This document shows positions 20,338 to 29,657 of a stretch of DNA of 64,000 nt, one piece after another. The stretch comes from Thermoplasmata archaeon (GTDB lineage Archaea > Thermoplasmatota > Thermoplasmata > Thermoplasmatales > ARK-15). A program made the position numbers and the translations under genes. Below the pieces are notes generated by a model that saw only the letters and a program-made list of their open reading frames with translations, ran no database searches and was not told the DNA's origin. Location: NCBI GenBank assembly GCA_023261755.1, contig JAGDXS010000026.1:22015-86014 (forward strand), written 5' to 3'. Each line of letters opens with the position of its first letter. Position 1 is the first letter of the stretch.

Positions 20338-20495
20338 AAAGAAGAAAATTTGTCTTCTAGTTCAGAATTTAAATGATCAAGAAGTTCCTCTATATTATCA
20401 CTCTCTATAGTCGATACATCACCATCTGGCATGGTTATTCTAGCGATAAATGTATCCCCATCCCTTACAATTTCAACATCAAAAATCTTTTTCAT
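20334..20495 (-). CDS. Small acidic protein, 53 aa, HicB-N-like beta-beta-beta-alpha pattern (not in ORF track)
   Basis: Hand translation MKKIFDVEIVRDGDTFIARITMPDGDVSTIESDNIEELLDHLNSELEDKFSSL*. GGGTGA SD; the stop overlaps the glyA ATG (ATGA). Confidence 0.75.
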   Translation of the reverse strand: MKKIFDVEIVRDGDTFIARITMPDGDVSTIESDNIEELLDHLNSELEDKFSSL

Positions 20496-20503
20496 TGCTT
20501 TTC

Positions 20504-20540
20504 ACCCTTTAAAAAATATTTTTAAGGGGTATTTCCCCTT
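20504..20540 (-). promoter_or_regulatory. Two mutually exclusive hairpins between the alba stop and the SD of the 53-aa ORF
   Basis: mRNA UAAGGGGAAAUACCCCUUAAAAAUAUUUUUUAAAGGGUGA: CCCCUU pairs either with the upstream AAGGGG or with the downstream AAAGGGU (SD). Confidence 0.45.
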
Positions 20541-20823
20541 ACTTTTTAAGTAAAATTTCTATTGATGATACGTTGCTCTCCCTATCCTCGCTCTTTATTT
20601 TCTCTGTTCCAAGGGTGACAACATAGTTTAGATCGTTCAAAAACCTGTTTCTGACAATCTCTGAAATATCCACTGCTTTGTTTATGGATTTTCCCCTTGC
20701 TTTTATTACCACACTTTTTGCACCATTGTTAAACTGTGTTACCACAGCCAATACATAGTTCATTGTTGGCTTTTTTCCAACATACACAACGTTTTCATCG
20801 TTTTTTGCATTGTTTTCTGGCAT
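20539..20823 (-). CDS. albA: DNA/RNA-binding protein Alba
   Basis: VYVGKKPTMNYVLAV, IKARGKSINKAVD, NVSSIEI. GGAGGT SD before ATG 20823. Confidence 0.96.
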   Translation of the reverse strand: MPENNAKNDENVVYVGKKPTMNYVLAVVTQFNNGAKSVVIKARGKSINKAVDISEIVRNRFLNDLNYVVTLGTEKIKSEDRESNVSSIEILLKK

Positions 20824-20959
20824 ATATAAGACCTCCTTTTTGTTATGTAAAATCAACAATAAAATCATTATACTTATAGTTTTTGGTATCTTCAATTTTT
20901 TTAAATGAATCATTCAGAAAAATTTAAAATAAGAATAAATAATGTTGAATTTGTACTAA

Positions 20960-22075
20960 ATGGTAACTTTAATATTATGTGTTGATAGGGATGATGATAT
21001 AGGTAGGAAAACAGGAGAAAAGGGTCCTATTATAGGAAGAGATGAAAATATAAGAGTAGCAAATCTTCTAGCTTTAGCAGATCCAGAGGATTCTGATACA
21101 AATGCAATTTTTGGGGCAGTTTCTACATACGATTCTCTTAAAAAGGACGGCAAAAATGTAGAAGTAGCAACAATTACTGGCAATGAGTCTGTAGGAATAA
21201 AGAGTGATGAAATACTAAGAAATCAGTTCTTAGAAATAATAAAAAAATTGGACGTTGAAAATGTCATCCTTGTAAGTGATGGAGAGGAGGATGAATTCAT
21301 TTTGCCATTGATTACATCCATAGTTCCAGTTATTCATGTTAAAAGAATTATTGTTAAACAGAGCAGAGGTCTTGAATCAACATATTATATCCTTGTTAAA
21401 GCACTAAAGGATAAAGAAACAGTAAGAAAAATACTTTTACCAATATCATTAATTTTATTGGCATTCAGTTTTTCAGTTTTTGGTTTAATAATAATAGATC
21501 ATTATTATCCAAGGTTGAATTTTCTTGATCCTGGAACTTTTGGCATATCTGTAGTATTTCTTACTTTAGGATTTTATTTCCTTTTTAAAAGTTTCAAGGT
21601 CGGGACTAGGATTAAAGAATCCTATCTCAGATTCAGAAAAGCATTTGCTGAGGCAAAAATATCTATTACATCAGATGCTTTGGCAATATTGATTGCAATT
21701 TTCGGTATACTTTCTGCTTACGATTCAACAACATATCTGTCTCCCATATACGAAAAGGTAGCACTATTTTTTCAGAACCTTATTTTTTGGGTAATTTTAG
21801 GTATAGTTGTAAGAGAAAGTGGTGTATTCTTCGATCTCTGGTTCCATAAAAAAACATATTCAAAAGGTTTTTGGACAGGCATTTTGCTTGTAATAGGTTT
21901 AGGCATTATATTTTACGGTGCTATTATGTATATCAGAATACTGCTTGGATTCATTCAGGGTATTTATACTGAATCAAGCATTATAATTATTTTATTGGGT
22001 ATATTTCTTTCAATATTTGCATCAATCATAAGAAGGATATTCTTCCCGGAGGAAGAGAGTAATGAACTACAATGA
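20960..22075 (+). CDS. DUF373 family membrane protein
   Basis: LILCVDRDDDIG.K, DPEDSD.N, VSDGEEDE, VKQSRGLES.YY followed by TM helices. Confidence 0.88.
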   Translation: MVTLILCVDRDDDIGRKTGEKGPIIGRDENIRVANLLALADPEDSDTNAIFGAVSTYDSLKKDGKNVEVATITGNESVGIKSDEILRNQFLEIIKKLDVENVILVSDGEEDEFILPLITSIVPVIHVKRIIVKQSRGLESTYYILVKALKDKETVRKILLPISLILLAFSFSVFGLIIIDHYYPRLNFLDPGTFGISVVFLTLGFYFLFKSFKVGTRIKESYLRFRKAFAEAKISITSDALAILIAIFGILSAYDSTTYLSPIYEKVALFFQNLIFWVILGIVVRESGVFFDLWFHKKTYSKGFWTGILLVIGLGIIFYGAIMYIRILLGFIQGIYTESSIIIILLGIFLSIFASIIRRIFFPEEESNELQ

Positions 22076-22721
22076 ATGGAAACCATATTACAAGAAAATA
22101 TTGGAAGATTTTCATTTTAGTGAATCTATGGACAGAAAATCCGCACTTTTGCTTTCATCAATTATTGATAAAAATTTTGTAAAGGAGCATGAGATTGAGG
22201 AATTAATAAAAGGAAAAGAGGTATTGATCATTGGTGATTCACCATATTTTTCATTAGATAGGAAAATGGTCAATGGTAGATTAGTGATAAGCGCTGATGA
22301 TGCTACAAGACATCTTCTAAATTATGATCTTTTTCCAGATATACTTATTACGGATCTTGATGCAAGTGAAGAAATCCTCATAAAAGCATCGAATTTTGGA
22401 TCAATTATTGGTGTTCATGCACACGGAGATAATATGGAGAAATTAAAAATAGTAGAAAAATTTTCAAACAGGTTTGGAACTACCCAGGCAGAACCTTTAT
22501 GGAATGTATATAATTTTGGAGGTTTTACAGATGGGGATAGGGCAGTGTTTTTATCACATCATTGGGGTGCTAAAAAAATAATACTTGCAGGTTTTAATTT
22601 CCAAGATCCGAATAATCAGAAAGGAAAAGATTTTGAAAGGAAATTAAAAAAATTAAGTTACAGTAAGATTTTAATTAATACTTTAATAAATAAATACAAC
22701 GCTAATATCGTAATACTATAA
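22062..22721 (+). CDS. mptE: 6-hydroxymethyl-7,8-dihydropterin pyrophosphokinase (DUF115)
   Basis: ISADDAT, TDLD, VHAHGDN, NFGGFTDGDRAVF. Confidence 0.85.
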   Translation: MNYNEWKPYYKKILEDFHFSESMDRKSALLLSSIIDKNFVKEHEIEELIKGKEVLIIGDSPYFSLDRKMVNGRLVISADDATRHLLNYDLFPDILITDLDASEEILIKASNFGSIIGVHAHGDNMEKLKIVEKFSNRFGTTQAEPLWNVYNFGGFTDGDRAVFLSHHWGAKKIILAGFNFQDPNNQKGKDFERKLKKLSYSKILINTLINKYNANIVIL

Positions 22722-22753
22722 AATATAAATATATTGATTCTTTATATTTCTTT

Positions 22754-23815
22754 ATGTTCGATGATGTTCTAAAACCAGATTATGAAAATAGTATATACAA
22801 TTTAGCTTCATCAATATCTGAAATACTTGGAGTAAAAAAAGGAAAGCCTTTAAAAAATTTTGAAATTAATGAGAAATTAGTTTTCGTACTTGTAGATGCT
22901 TTAGGGGAAAATATTTTTCAAAAGTTGGGTATAAATATGGAACATGAAACAATTACATCTGTTTTTCCATCTACAACATGCACAGCCTTAACCACACTTG
23001 TCACAGCTGATAAGCCTGCAAATCATGGAATAATTGGTTATATAGGCTATGATAAAATTTCAGGAAAATTAATTAATCTTCTTGATTTTAAAAAAGAATA
23101 TTCAAATAAAAATGAAAAAGAAAGTATAAATAGAATTTTTCTGAATGTAACAACTATCACATCAGTAAATGATAAAAAAATTGGGATGGTACTTCCATTT
23201 TTCTCTTTAAATGCACCTCTTGTTGAATTTCTAGCAAAAAATTCCGAAATTTATCCATATATCAATATCTGGGATGGTATATTGAATGTATACAATCTTT
23301 ACCAGAAGAAATATGATTTCATTTTTTACTATATACCTTATGTTGATATGATTTCCCACATATATGGGCCCTATTCAGAGGCAACAATATTGACTGCAAG
23401 AGAGACTCTAGATATAATTATAAAATACCTAAAGAAAATTGATTATGACGTTATCATATCTGCAGATCACGGTCAGATTAACATTTCGGAAGTAAAAATG
23501 TTGAATAGCACGCTAATTGATAGGTCAATAACACCTGTGCGTGGTGATACAAGGATGCATATTTTCAACTTTAAAAATAATTTAAAATTTGAAGATGAAA
23601 ATTATGCTATATATGAATATGAAAAAATTAAAGATCTATTTGGTGGGGATGGCGTAATAGATAAGGATATCAGTGTTGGAATAGCATTAAATAAAAATAT
23701 TTATTTAACTGAAATAACAAAAGATGAAAATATTAATTACCAAGGATCACATTCATCAATTTTAAGAGAGGAAATGGAAGTTCCATTGATCAATATGAGA
23801 AAAGTTAATATTTAA
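22754..23815 (+). CDS. Alkaline phosphatase superfamily / nucleotide pyrophosphatase-phosphodiesterase
   Basis: LVDALG, SVFPSTT, VDMISH.YG, SADHG, GSH metal ligands. Confidence 0.82.
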   Translation: MFDDVLKPDYENSIYNLASSISEILGVKKGKPLKNFEINEKLVFVLVDALGENIFQKLGINMEHETITSVFPSTTCTALTTLVTADKPANHGIIGYIGYDKISGKLINLLDFKKEYSNKNEKESINRIFLNVTTITSVNDKKIGMVLPFFSLNAPLVEFLAKNSEIYPYINIWDGILNVYNLYQKKYDFIFYYIPYVDMISHIYGPYSEATILTARETLDIIIKYLKKIDYDVIISADHGQINISEVKMLNSTLIDRSITPVRGDTRMHIFNFKNNLKFEDENYAIYEYEKIKDLFGGDGVIDKDISVGIALNKNIYLTEITKDENINYQGSHSSILREEMEVPLINMRKVNI

Positions 23816-23834
23816 ATTTTATTTGTATTAAATT

Positions 23835-24029
23835 ATGAAAGAAGGACAGACATGCGATGTAAATGGTTGTGAAAAAGAAGCTGTTAAATCAGTACCTAGG
23901 GAAAAAGCCCAGGCTATGTTTTCTTTGAAAGGCAATTCAAGAAATGTTCATCTATGCAGAGATCATTATAAGGAATATAAGAAAAAAACAAAAAAGGATA
24001 GGGAGATTGACAGGATTGGATGGGTATAA
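23835..24029 (+). CDS. Small basic putative Zn-binding protein (C-x4-C...H-x-C-x2-H)
   Basis: CDVNGC and HLCRDHY, Lys-rich tail. Confidence 0.7.
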   Translation: MKEGQTCDVNGCEKEAVKSVPREKAQAMFSLKGNSRNVHLCRDHYKEYKKKTKKDREIDRIGWV

Positions 24030-24032
24030 TAA

Positions 24033-24650
24033 ATGCTTAGCATATCAGATTTTTTGCATGTTTTCGTGCCAATGTTTGTTGTAATAGATCCATTTGCATC
24101 TCTTGCATTATTTTTCTCTTTAACTTCACATATGAACCCAGAAAATGTAAAAAAGACAATCAATGAAAGTGTAATTTATGGTTTTGTAATTTTAATATTT
24201 TTCACATTTGCTGGAATTTATGTGCTTGAATTTTTTGGAATTTCCATCCAAGCATTAGAAATAGCAGGCGGTCTTCTAATGCTTTTTGTTGGGATAGAAA
24301 TGGTAAGGGAAGGAGATAAGCCAAGGTCAACAAAAAAAGGTGAGCAGGTGGAGGAAGAAATAGGTGATGTTGGCATTGTTCCACTTGCTACTCCTATGCT
24401 TGCAGGTCCTGGCGCAATATCTTTGGTAATAATTTTAATGGAAACATACTCATGGGTTCTTGTAGTTATTTCTCTTGTGATTGTTTTTGCAATAGTATAT
24501 CTATTCTTTTTATTTTCATCAAAGTTGTTCAATATTATAGGCTTAAAAGGTTCCAGGGCTTTCACAAGAATTTTAGGTCTTCTTGTAGCAGCATTTGCAA
24601 TTCAATACATTCTCAATGGTACTGGGGGTTGGATAATACACATTCTGTGA
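24033..24650 (+). CDS. marC: MarC family membrane protein
   Basis: FVVIDPF, VPLATPMLAGPGAIS, RILGLLVAA. Confidence 0.9.
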   Translation: MLSISDFLHVFVPMFVVIDPFASLALFFSLTSHMNPENVKKTINESVIYGFVILIFFTFAGIYVLEFFGISIQALEIAGGLLMLFVGIEMVREGDKPRSTKKGEQVEEEIGDVGIVPLATPMLAGPGAISLVIILMETYSWVLVVISLVIVFAIVYLFFLFSSKLFNIIGLKGSRAFTRILGLLVAAFAIQYILNGTGGWIIHIL

Positions 24651-24655
24651 TTTTT

Positions 24656-26218
24656 ATGAATTTTGTTGAACATCCACTTATTAAAGAAAATACGCTTGAA
24701 GCAAGGGCTTATCAGATAGAAATAGCCAAAAAAATATTGATTGAGAGGAAGAATACACTTGTAGTTTTACCCACAGGAGTTGGAAAAACAGAAATTGCAA
24801 TAATTATTATAGCTGAAATATTGCACCAAAATGGACCCAAAATTTTGTTCCTTGCACCAACAAGGCCTCTTGTAACACAGCACAGGGACAGGCTTTCTAA
24901 ATATATAAAAGAAGAAAAGATTGTTGCGCTTACAGGAACTATCACTCCAGAAGAAAGAAAAGATCTCTGGAAAGAAAATAATATTATCGTAAGCACACCA
25001 CAGGTAATACAGAATGATATTCTATCAGGTGCAATTGATCCTGATGAAGTAAAATTATTAATTATAGATGAAGCCCATAGATCAGTGGGAAAATATGCAT
25101 ATACATTCGTTACTGAAAAATGTAGCAAATCATTGATTGTAGGTTTAACAGCCTCTCCAGGATCAAAAATGGAAAGAATTCAAGAAATCATGAACCATTT
25201 GAACATAAAGCATGTTGAAATAAGAACTGAAATAGATGAGGATGTTAGGCCCTATATACATGGTATAAAAATTGAAAATATTATGATAAATTTCCCTGAT
25301 GAGTATGAACCATTAAGGGAAAAATTAATTGAAATAATCAACGCCTTAAGGGATAATCTTAAAGAAAAGTATCCTGAAATAAATATACCTCAAAAAATTT
25401 CAAAAAAAAGGATTCTTGATATCCAGAAAGAATTATCTGTACAAATAAATCAAGGTAATAAGAGCCTATATGAGGCTTTATCAATACTTGCAATGATTTT
25501 AAAAATGATAATAGCATTAGAATATTTAGAAACGCAGGGATTAAGCACTTGCCATGAATATTTGGAACAATTAGTTTCTCAGGCTAGATCAAAAGAAGCA
25601 AAGAGAACAGACATTAGGCTTAATAAATTAAGAGGTTTCCAGGAAGCAGTCATAATAGCAAGAGAATTGATAAAGTTCGATATAAAAAGCCCTAAGATAG
25701 AAATGATAGAAAAGTTAGTGGAAGAACAGCTTTCAAAAAATGATAGATCTAAAATAATAATATTTACAAATTATAGAAACATAAATCTTGAAATTTATGA
25801 GCATTTGATAAAAATAAAGAATGCTAGGCCTTCAAGGTTTCTAGGCCAAAGTAGTAGGGGAAATGATAAAGGTATGTCACAGGAAGAACAGGAGCAGATT
25901 CTTAAAAAATTTAGAAATGGTGAAATAAATGTTCTAATAAGTACGCAGATAGGGGAGGAGGGATTAGATATTCCAGAAACGGATCTTGTAATTTTTCACG
26001 AACCTGTAAGTTCAGAAATAAGAAATATACAGAGAAGAGGTAGAACTGGAAGGGCAAGGCCAGGTAGAGTAGTCGTTTTAGTTTATAAAAATACACTTGA
26101 TGAAATACTCTTTTTTGCAGGATTAAAAAAAGAAAAAAAGATGAAGGAGAGAATGAGCAAATTAACGGAAAATAAGAAACAGAAGAAAAAGGGGCAGGTT
26201 ACATTATTTGACTTTTAA
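24656..26218 (+). CDS. hef: Hef/FANCM-like DEAH helicase (helicase domains only)
   Basis: EARAYQ, LPTGVGKT, DEAHR, GLTASPG, EEGLDIP, QRRGRTGR. Real start ATG 24656. Confidence 0.88.
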   Translation: MNFVEHPLIKENTLEARAYQIEIAKKILIERKNTLVVLPTGVGKTEIAIIIIAEILHQNGPKILFLAPTRPLVTQHRDRLSKYIKEEKIVALTGTITPEERKDLWKENNIIVSTPQVIQNDILSGAIDPDEVKLLIIDEAHRSVGKYAYTFVTEKCSKSLIVGLTASPGSKMERIQEIMNHLNIKHVEIRTEIDEDVRPYIHGIKIENIMINFPDEYEPLREKLIEIINALRDNLKEKYPEINIPQKISKKRILDIQKELSVQINQGNKSLYEALSILAMILKMIIALEYLETQGLSTCHEYLEQLVSQARSKEAKRTDIRLNKLRGFQEAVIIARELIKFDIKSPKIEMIEKLVEEQLSKNDRSKIIIFTNYRNINLEIYEHLIKIKNARPSRFLGQSSRGNDKGMSQEEQEQILKKFRNGEINVLISTQIGEEGLDIPETDLVIFHEPVSSEIRNIQRRGRTGRARPGRVVVLVYKNTLDEILFFAGLKKEKKMKERMSKLTENKKQKKKGQVTLFDF

Positions 26219-28915
26219 ATTCACATCTGTTTTTATAGGCTTGAATTTTTCTCTTGCATTCTTTAATTTTATTTCAAGCGTCCTTACTCTGTTTCCATCT
26301 ATGATAATTCTTTCACCATCTTCAGCATAATTATTCTCAACTAGTTTAACTTTAATTATTTTTTCAAGATCACTATCATATTTCATATCCAGTGACTTAT
26401 CAAATTTTCTTAAAGCTTCAGCTATTCTGTGCGAAGTTGTAATTAAAATATCATCATCTGTGGATGATATGCACAATCCCATAATAAGGTTAATAAGATT
26501 GTCATTAGGTTCAAAATTTAAAAAATCATCCATCATGAAGCAGTGATCACAATTTTCCCTATTTTCCTCGTTTATGGAAATATCTGCTTCACATTCAATC
26601 CCGACAGTAAAATATGATTTATTTAGTGGATTAAATGAATCAATTGAATAAGGTACGCATATTAAAATCAATGGTTTCAAGCTCTTTATTCTAACAATTG
26701 TTTTTAATCCTAGCAATTTTTTAATTATCCTTATATCTTTCTCATTGCCAGATACCATATTCCAAAGATCATTTATTAAAATCTCTTCTCCCTTGAATTT
26801 AATAATTTTTTCCAATGAAAGTTTTTCAACAATTTCCCTGATAAATGCAAAATCATCATTATAGATGTTTTTTAAATCATCAGGGAATTTACTTCTCAAA
26901 CTTATTACATTGTTAATATTCTTAGACATGTGCAAATTATCTAAAAGTATTAAATCGAGAAACAAAGATATTGATTCTTCGAAAATATCTAAAACAGGTG
27001 AAATTGTATTATCATAAGAAACATAAGATTTGGATTTTTCAATGATTAATGATTCATTACCTTTTTCCTTAGGAATGTTTGAATCTATTTTACATATCTC
27101 TGAAATAAAAGCGTTTTTAAAAAATGCAATTCCAGGAACGAGGTTCATGAGTTCATGTTTTTCAATAGAAAATTTTTCAGAAAAATCCCTTGCATCAGAT
27201 GGTGATAGGTGAAAAAGTATAAAATTTTTAGCATTTGCCATAATACTTTCCCTTACGTTTTCAGGTATTGTTGATAGGTGCGTTGTGGCCATAAACAAAT
27301 TTAATTTTTCTTTTCTCCCTAGAATTAGCATATCTTCAAATGATGAATTTATATAATCTTGAAATTCATCACAGAATAGAAATATGCTTTCTTTTTTGTA
27401 TCTTTCCTGTATTGATATCCATAGCATGGATATGAATGAAGATAGTATAAATGTAGATACTCTTTCTCCCACTTTGCCTCTTTCGCCATCCACAACAATG
27501 ATCATATTTTTATCAATAGCATCTGATACATTGAATCTTGGATATTTATTACATATCATTGTTCTAAGTACCTGGTTTGTTTTAAGAAATGATATTGTTC
27601 TTCTTGTGCTAGATACTTCATCATTTGAAAAGTTATCAAGATCATCAAGAAATTCCCTGAATTCATAATCTTTTGAAATATTTTTTAAGTGTTTTCTTAC
27701 AGAGGGCTTAGTAATAATATAAGATATATCAAGAAGTGTGGAACCTTTTATGTTAACTAAACCAGAAATGCTATTTCTTATTATTTCTTCTATTTTAGAA
27801 CCTACTAAGCCTCCTTGAATGCCAGTTTCAGCTTCAGTTACATTTTTAAGAACCTGTATTGTATCTTCTGCTATTCTTGAAACAGCAAGTCCCCTATTTT
27901 TTCCATCAGGTACATTCAAAATATTCATTGAAACTGGTGTTTCTACTGGATTTATATATATCACCCTTTTAAGGAAATTCCTGTCCAATCTTTTTATAAA
28001 ATCCTTGGCAGTATCACCAGTGGGATCTATCAAGATTACAGGTTTGTTTTCATTAATAATATTTAAAATTATAGAAAGCATAAGAGAGCTTTTCCCAGAT
28101 CCAGTTTCTCCTAGTATAAAAGTACCTTGACCGTTGTTATCATAAATTTTCAAATAATGATCTCTCCCTGATAATATCCCCTTACCTATTTTTACTGATG
28201 TTAATTCAATATCTTTCTTAAACTGATTAACAAATCTTGTAGAAATTCCTGACATCTCTAAAATTTTGCCTGGGAAGGGAATGAATAGAATCGCTATTTC
28301 GTCTATTATCATGCCATAATTCTTAAAATTAAGGAAATTAGATTTTTTCTTTTTAAAATTCAAAGAACTTTTCTGGTTAGACCAAAAGTTTGAAATTAAA
28401 TAGTTAAAATTTTTATCATATTCATCTATATAAAAAATTTTTATATTGAATTTAAAAGCATTTCCATCGTAAGGTATTTTCAACGAGAGTATTGCAGGTA
28501 TTAATTCAATCAATACCATTATTTTTGAATGCTCCAACCTTGATTTATAGCTCAATATATATTCAAAAAAATCAACCTTTGAATTCTCCTGGCCTAGAAA
28601 AAATTTTTTCTTTGTCTGGTAGGATGAAAAAAAATAGGTTTCATTATTAAATTCTATATATTCTTCTTTCAAATTATCATTTGATATATTTCTGTAAACA
28701 GTCTTAAGGATCTTCGGCTCTGGCATTGAAAAGTAAATTGAAGATCCATTGTTATCAATAACGAGTAAAATTTTTAATTTATAACCCAACCTGTGAATCA
28801 AATTCAAGAATTTTAACGATAGATCCCTATGCAAATTTATGTCTGTGCTATCGTCAATAGGAATATACAGCCTATAAAATTTTTCAACTTTTTTATTTCT
28901 TACCCCCAATTTCAA
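26204..28915 (-). CDS. VirD4/TraD-HerA family P-loop ATPase (903 aa)
   Basis: GETGSGKS (Walker A), LIDPTGD, FCDEFQDY (Walker B), GRK...MATTHLS. Confidence 0.8.
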   Translation of the reverse strand: MKLGVRNKKVEKFYRLYIPIDDSTDINLHRDLSLKFLNLIHRLGYKLKILLVIDNNGSSIYFSMPEPKILKTVYRNISNDNLKEEYIEFNNETYFFSSYQTKKKFFLGQENSKVDFFEYILSYKSRLEHSKIMVLIELIPAILSLKIPYDGNAFKFNIKIFYIDEYDKNFNYLISNFWSNQKSSLNFKKKKSNFLNFKNYGMIIDEIAILFIPFPGKILEMSGISTRFVNQFKKDIELTSVKIGKGILSGRDHYLKIYDNNGQGTFILGETGSGKSSLMLSIILNIINENKPVILIDPTGDTAKDFIKRLDRNFLKRVIYINPVETPVSMNILNVPDGKNRGLAVSRIAEDTIQVLKNVTEAETGIQGGLVGSKIEEIIRNSISGLVNIKGSTLLDISYIITKPSVRKHLKNISKDYEFREFLDDLDNFSNDEVSSTRRTISFLKTNQVLRTMICNKYPRFNVSDAIDKNMIIVVDGERGKVGERVSTFILSSFISMLWISIQERYKKESIFLFCDEFQDYINSSFEDMLILGRKEKLNLFMATTHLSTIPENVRESIMANAKNFILFHLSPSDARDFSEKFSIEKHELMNLVPGIAFFKNAFISEICKIDSNIPKEKGNESLIIEKSKSYVSYDNTISPVLDIFEESISLFLDLILLDNLHMSKNINNVISLRSKFPDDLKNIYNDDFAFIREIVEKLSLEKIIKFKGEEILINDLWNMVSGNEKDIRIIKKLLGLKTIVRIKSLKPLILICVPYSIDSFNPLNKSYFTVGIECEADISINEENRENCDHCFMMDDFLNFEPNDNLINLIMGLCISSTDDDILITTSHRIAEALRKFDKSLDMKYDSDLEKIIKVKLVENNYAEDGERIIIDGNRVRTLEIKLKNAREKFKPIKTDVNLKVK

Positions 28916-29657
28916 TTTTAGACCCCCTTACCTCCCTTATTATATCTTTTAGCCTTTCTCCATAATCAGAAAATCTTTCAACAAGAGTGCCAGTAACAAT
29001 TATGCTCGCTCCAGCATCAAGTATCCTCTTTGCCTTTATATGATCTGTAATGCCCCCTCCAACAATGATGGGTATATTTACCTCTTTTTTTACTGCATTA
29101 ATCATTTCTTCGCTTACAGGCTCCGGAGATCCTGATCCGGCTTCAAAATATATTAATTTCATGCCAAAAAATTCAGCAGCTAATGCATAACCAATTGCCT
29201 TAGTAATCTCATTTCTTTTTAAAAGAATGGCTTTTCCCACTCTACCCACGGTCATGCCAGGCTCAACAACAACATAACCCATAGGGATTGGCTCAAGACC
29301 CAATCTCTTTATTAATGGTGCAGCTTTCATCTGGCTCTCTATTAAAAAAGTCCTGTCACTTGAATTGAGCATACTCATAAAATATATTGCATCAGCATAT
29401 TTTGATATACTCTGTATACCATTTGGAAATATTATAATTGGAATTTTAGTTACTTTTTTTATATTAACGATTGTTTCATCCATTATTTCTTGAGTAATGT
29501 TAGTGGAACCACCAATCATTATAGCATCAGTACCTAATTTTTCAATATATTCAGCTATTTCAGCAGATTTTTCAGGCGTCTGTTTTGCAGGATCCAACAA
29601 AGTCATATGCATTTTTCCATTTTTCAACTTTTCAAAAATATAATTTAAAACATTCAT
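28893..29657 (-). CDS. Geranylgeranylglyceryl phosphate (GGGP) synthase
   Basis: HMTLLDP, IMIGGS, IYFEAGSG, IIVGGGI, IVTGT. Confidence 0.93.
   Translation of the reverse strand: MNVLNYIFEKLKNGKMHMTLLDPAKQTPEKSAEIAEYIEKLGTDAIMIGGSTNITQEIMDETIVNIKKVTKIPIIIFPNGIQSISKYADAIYFMSMLNSSDRTFLIESQMKAAPLIKRLGLEPIPMGYVVVEPGMTVGRVGKAILLKRNEITKAIGYALAAEFFGMKLIYFEAGSGSPEPVSEEMINAVKKEVNIPIIVGGGITDHIKAKRILDAGASIIVTGTLVERFSDYGERLKDIIREVRGSKIEIGGKK

Noticed and set aside
10894-24655. N-terminal extensions in the track for ORFs 10894, 11784, 20913 (alba) and 24452 (hef)
   Set aside because: They overlap neighbouring genes or promoters. Downstream ATGs match the family starts and, for alba, a clear SD.
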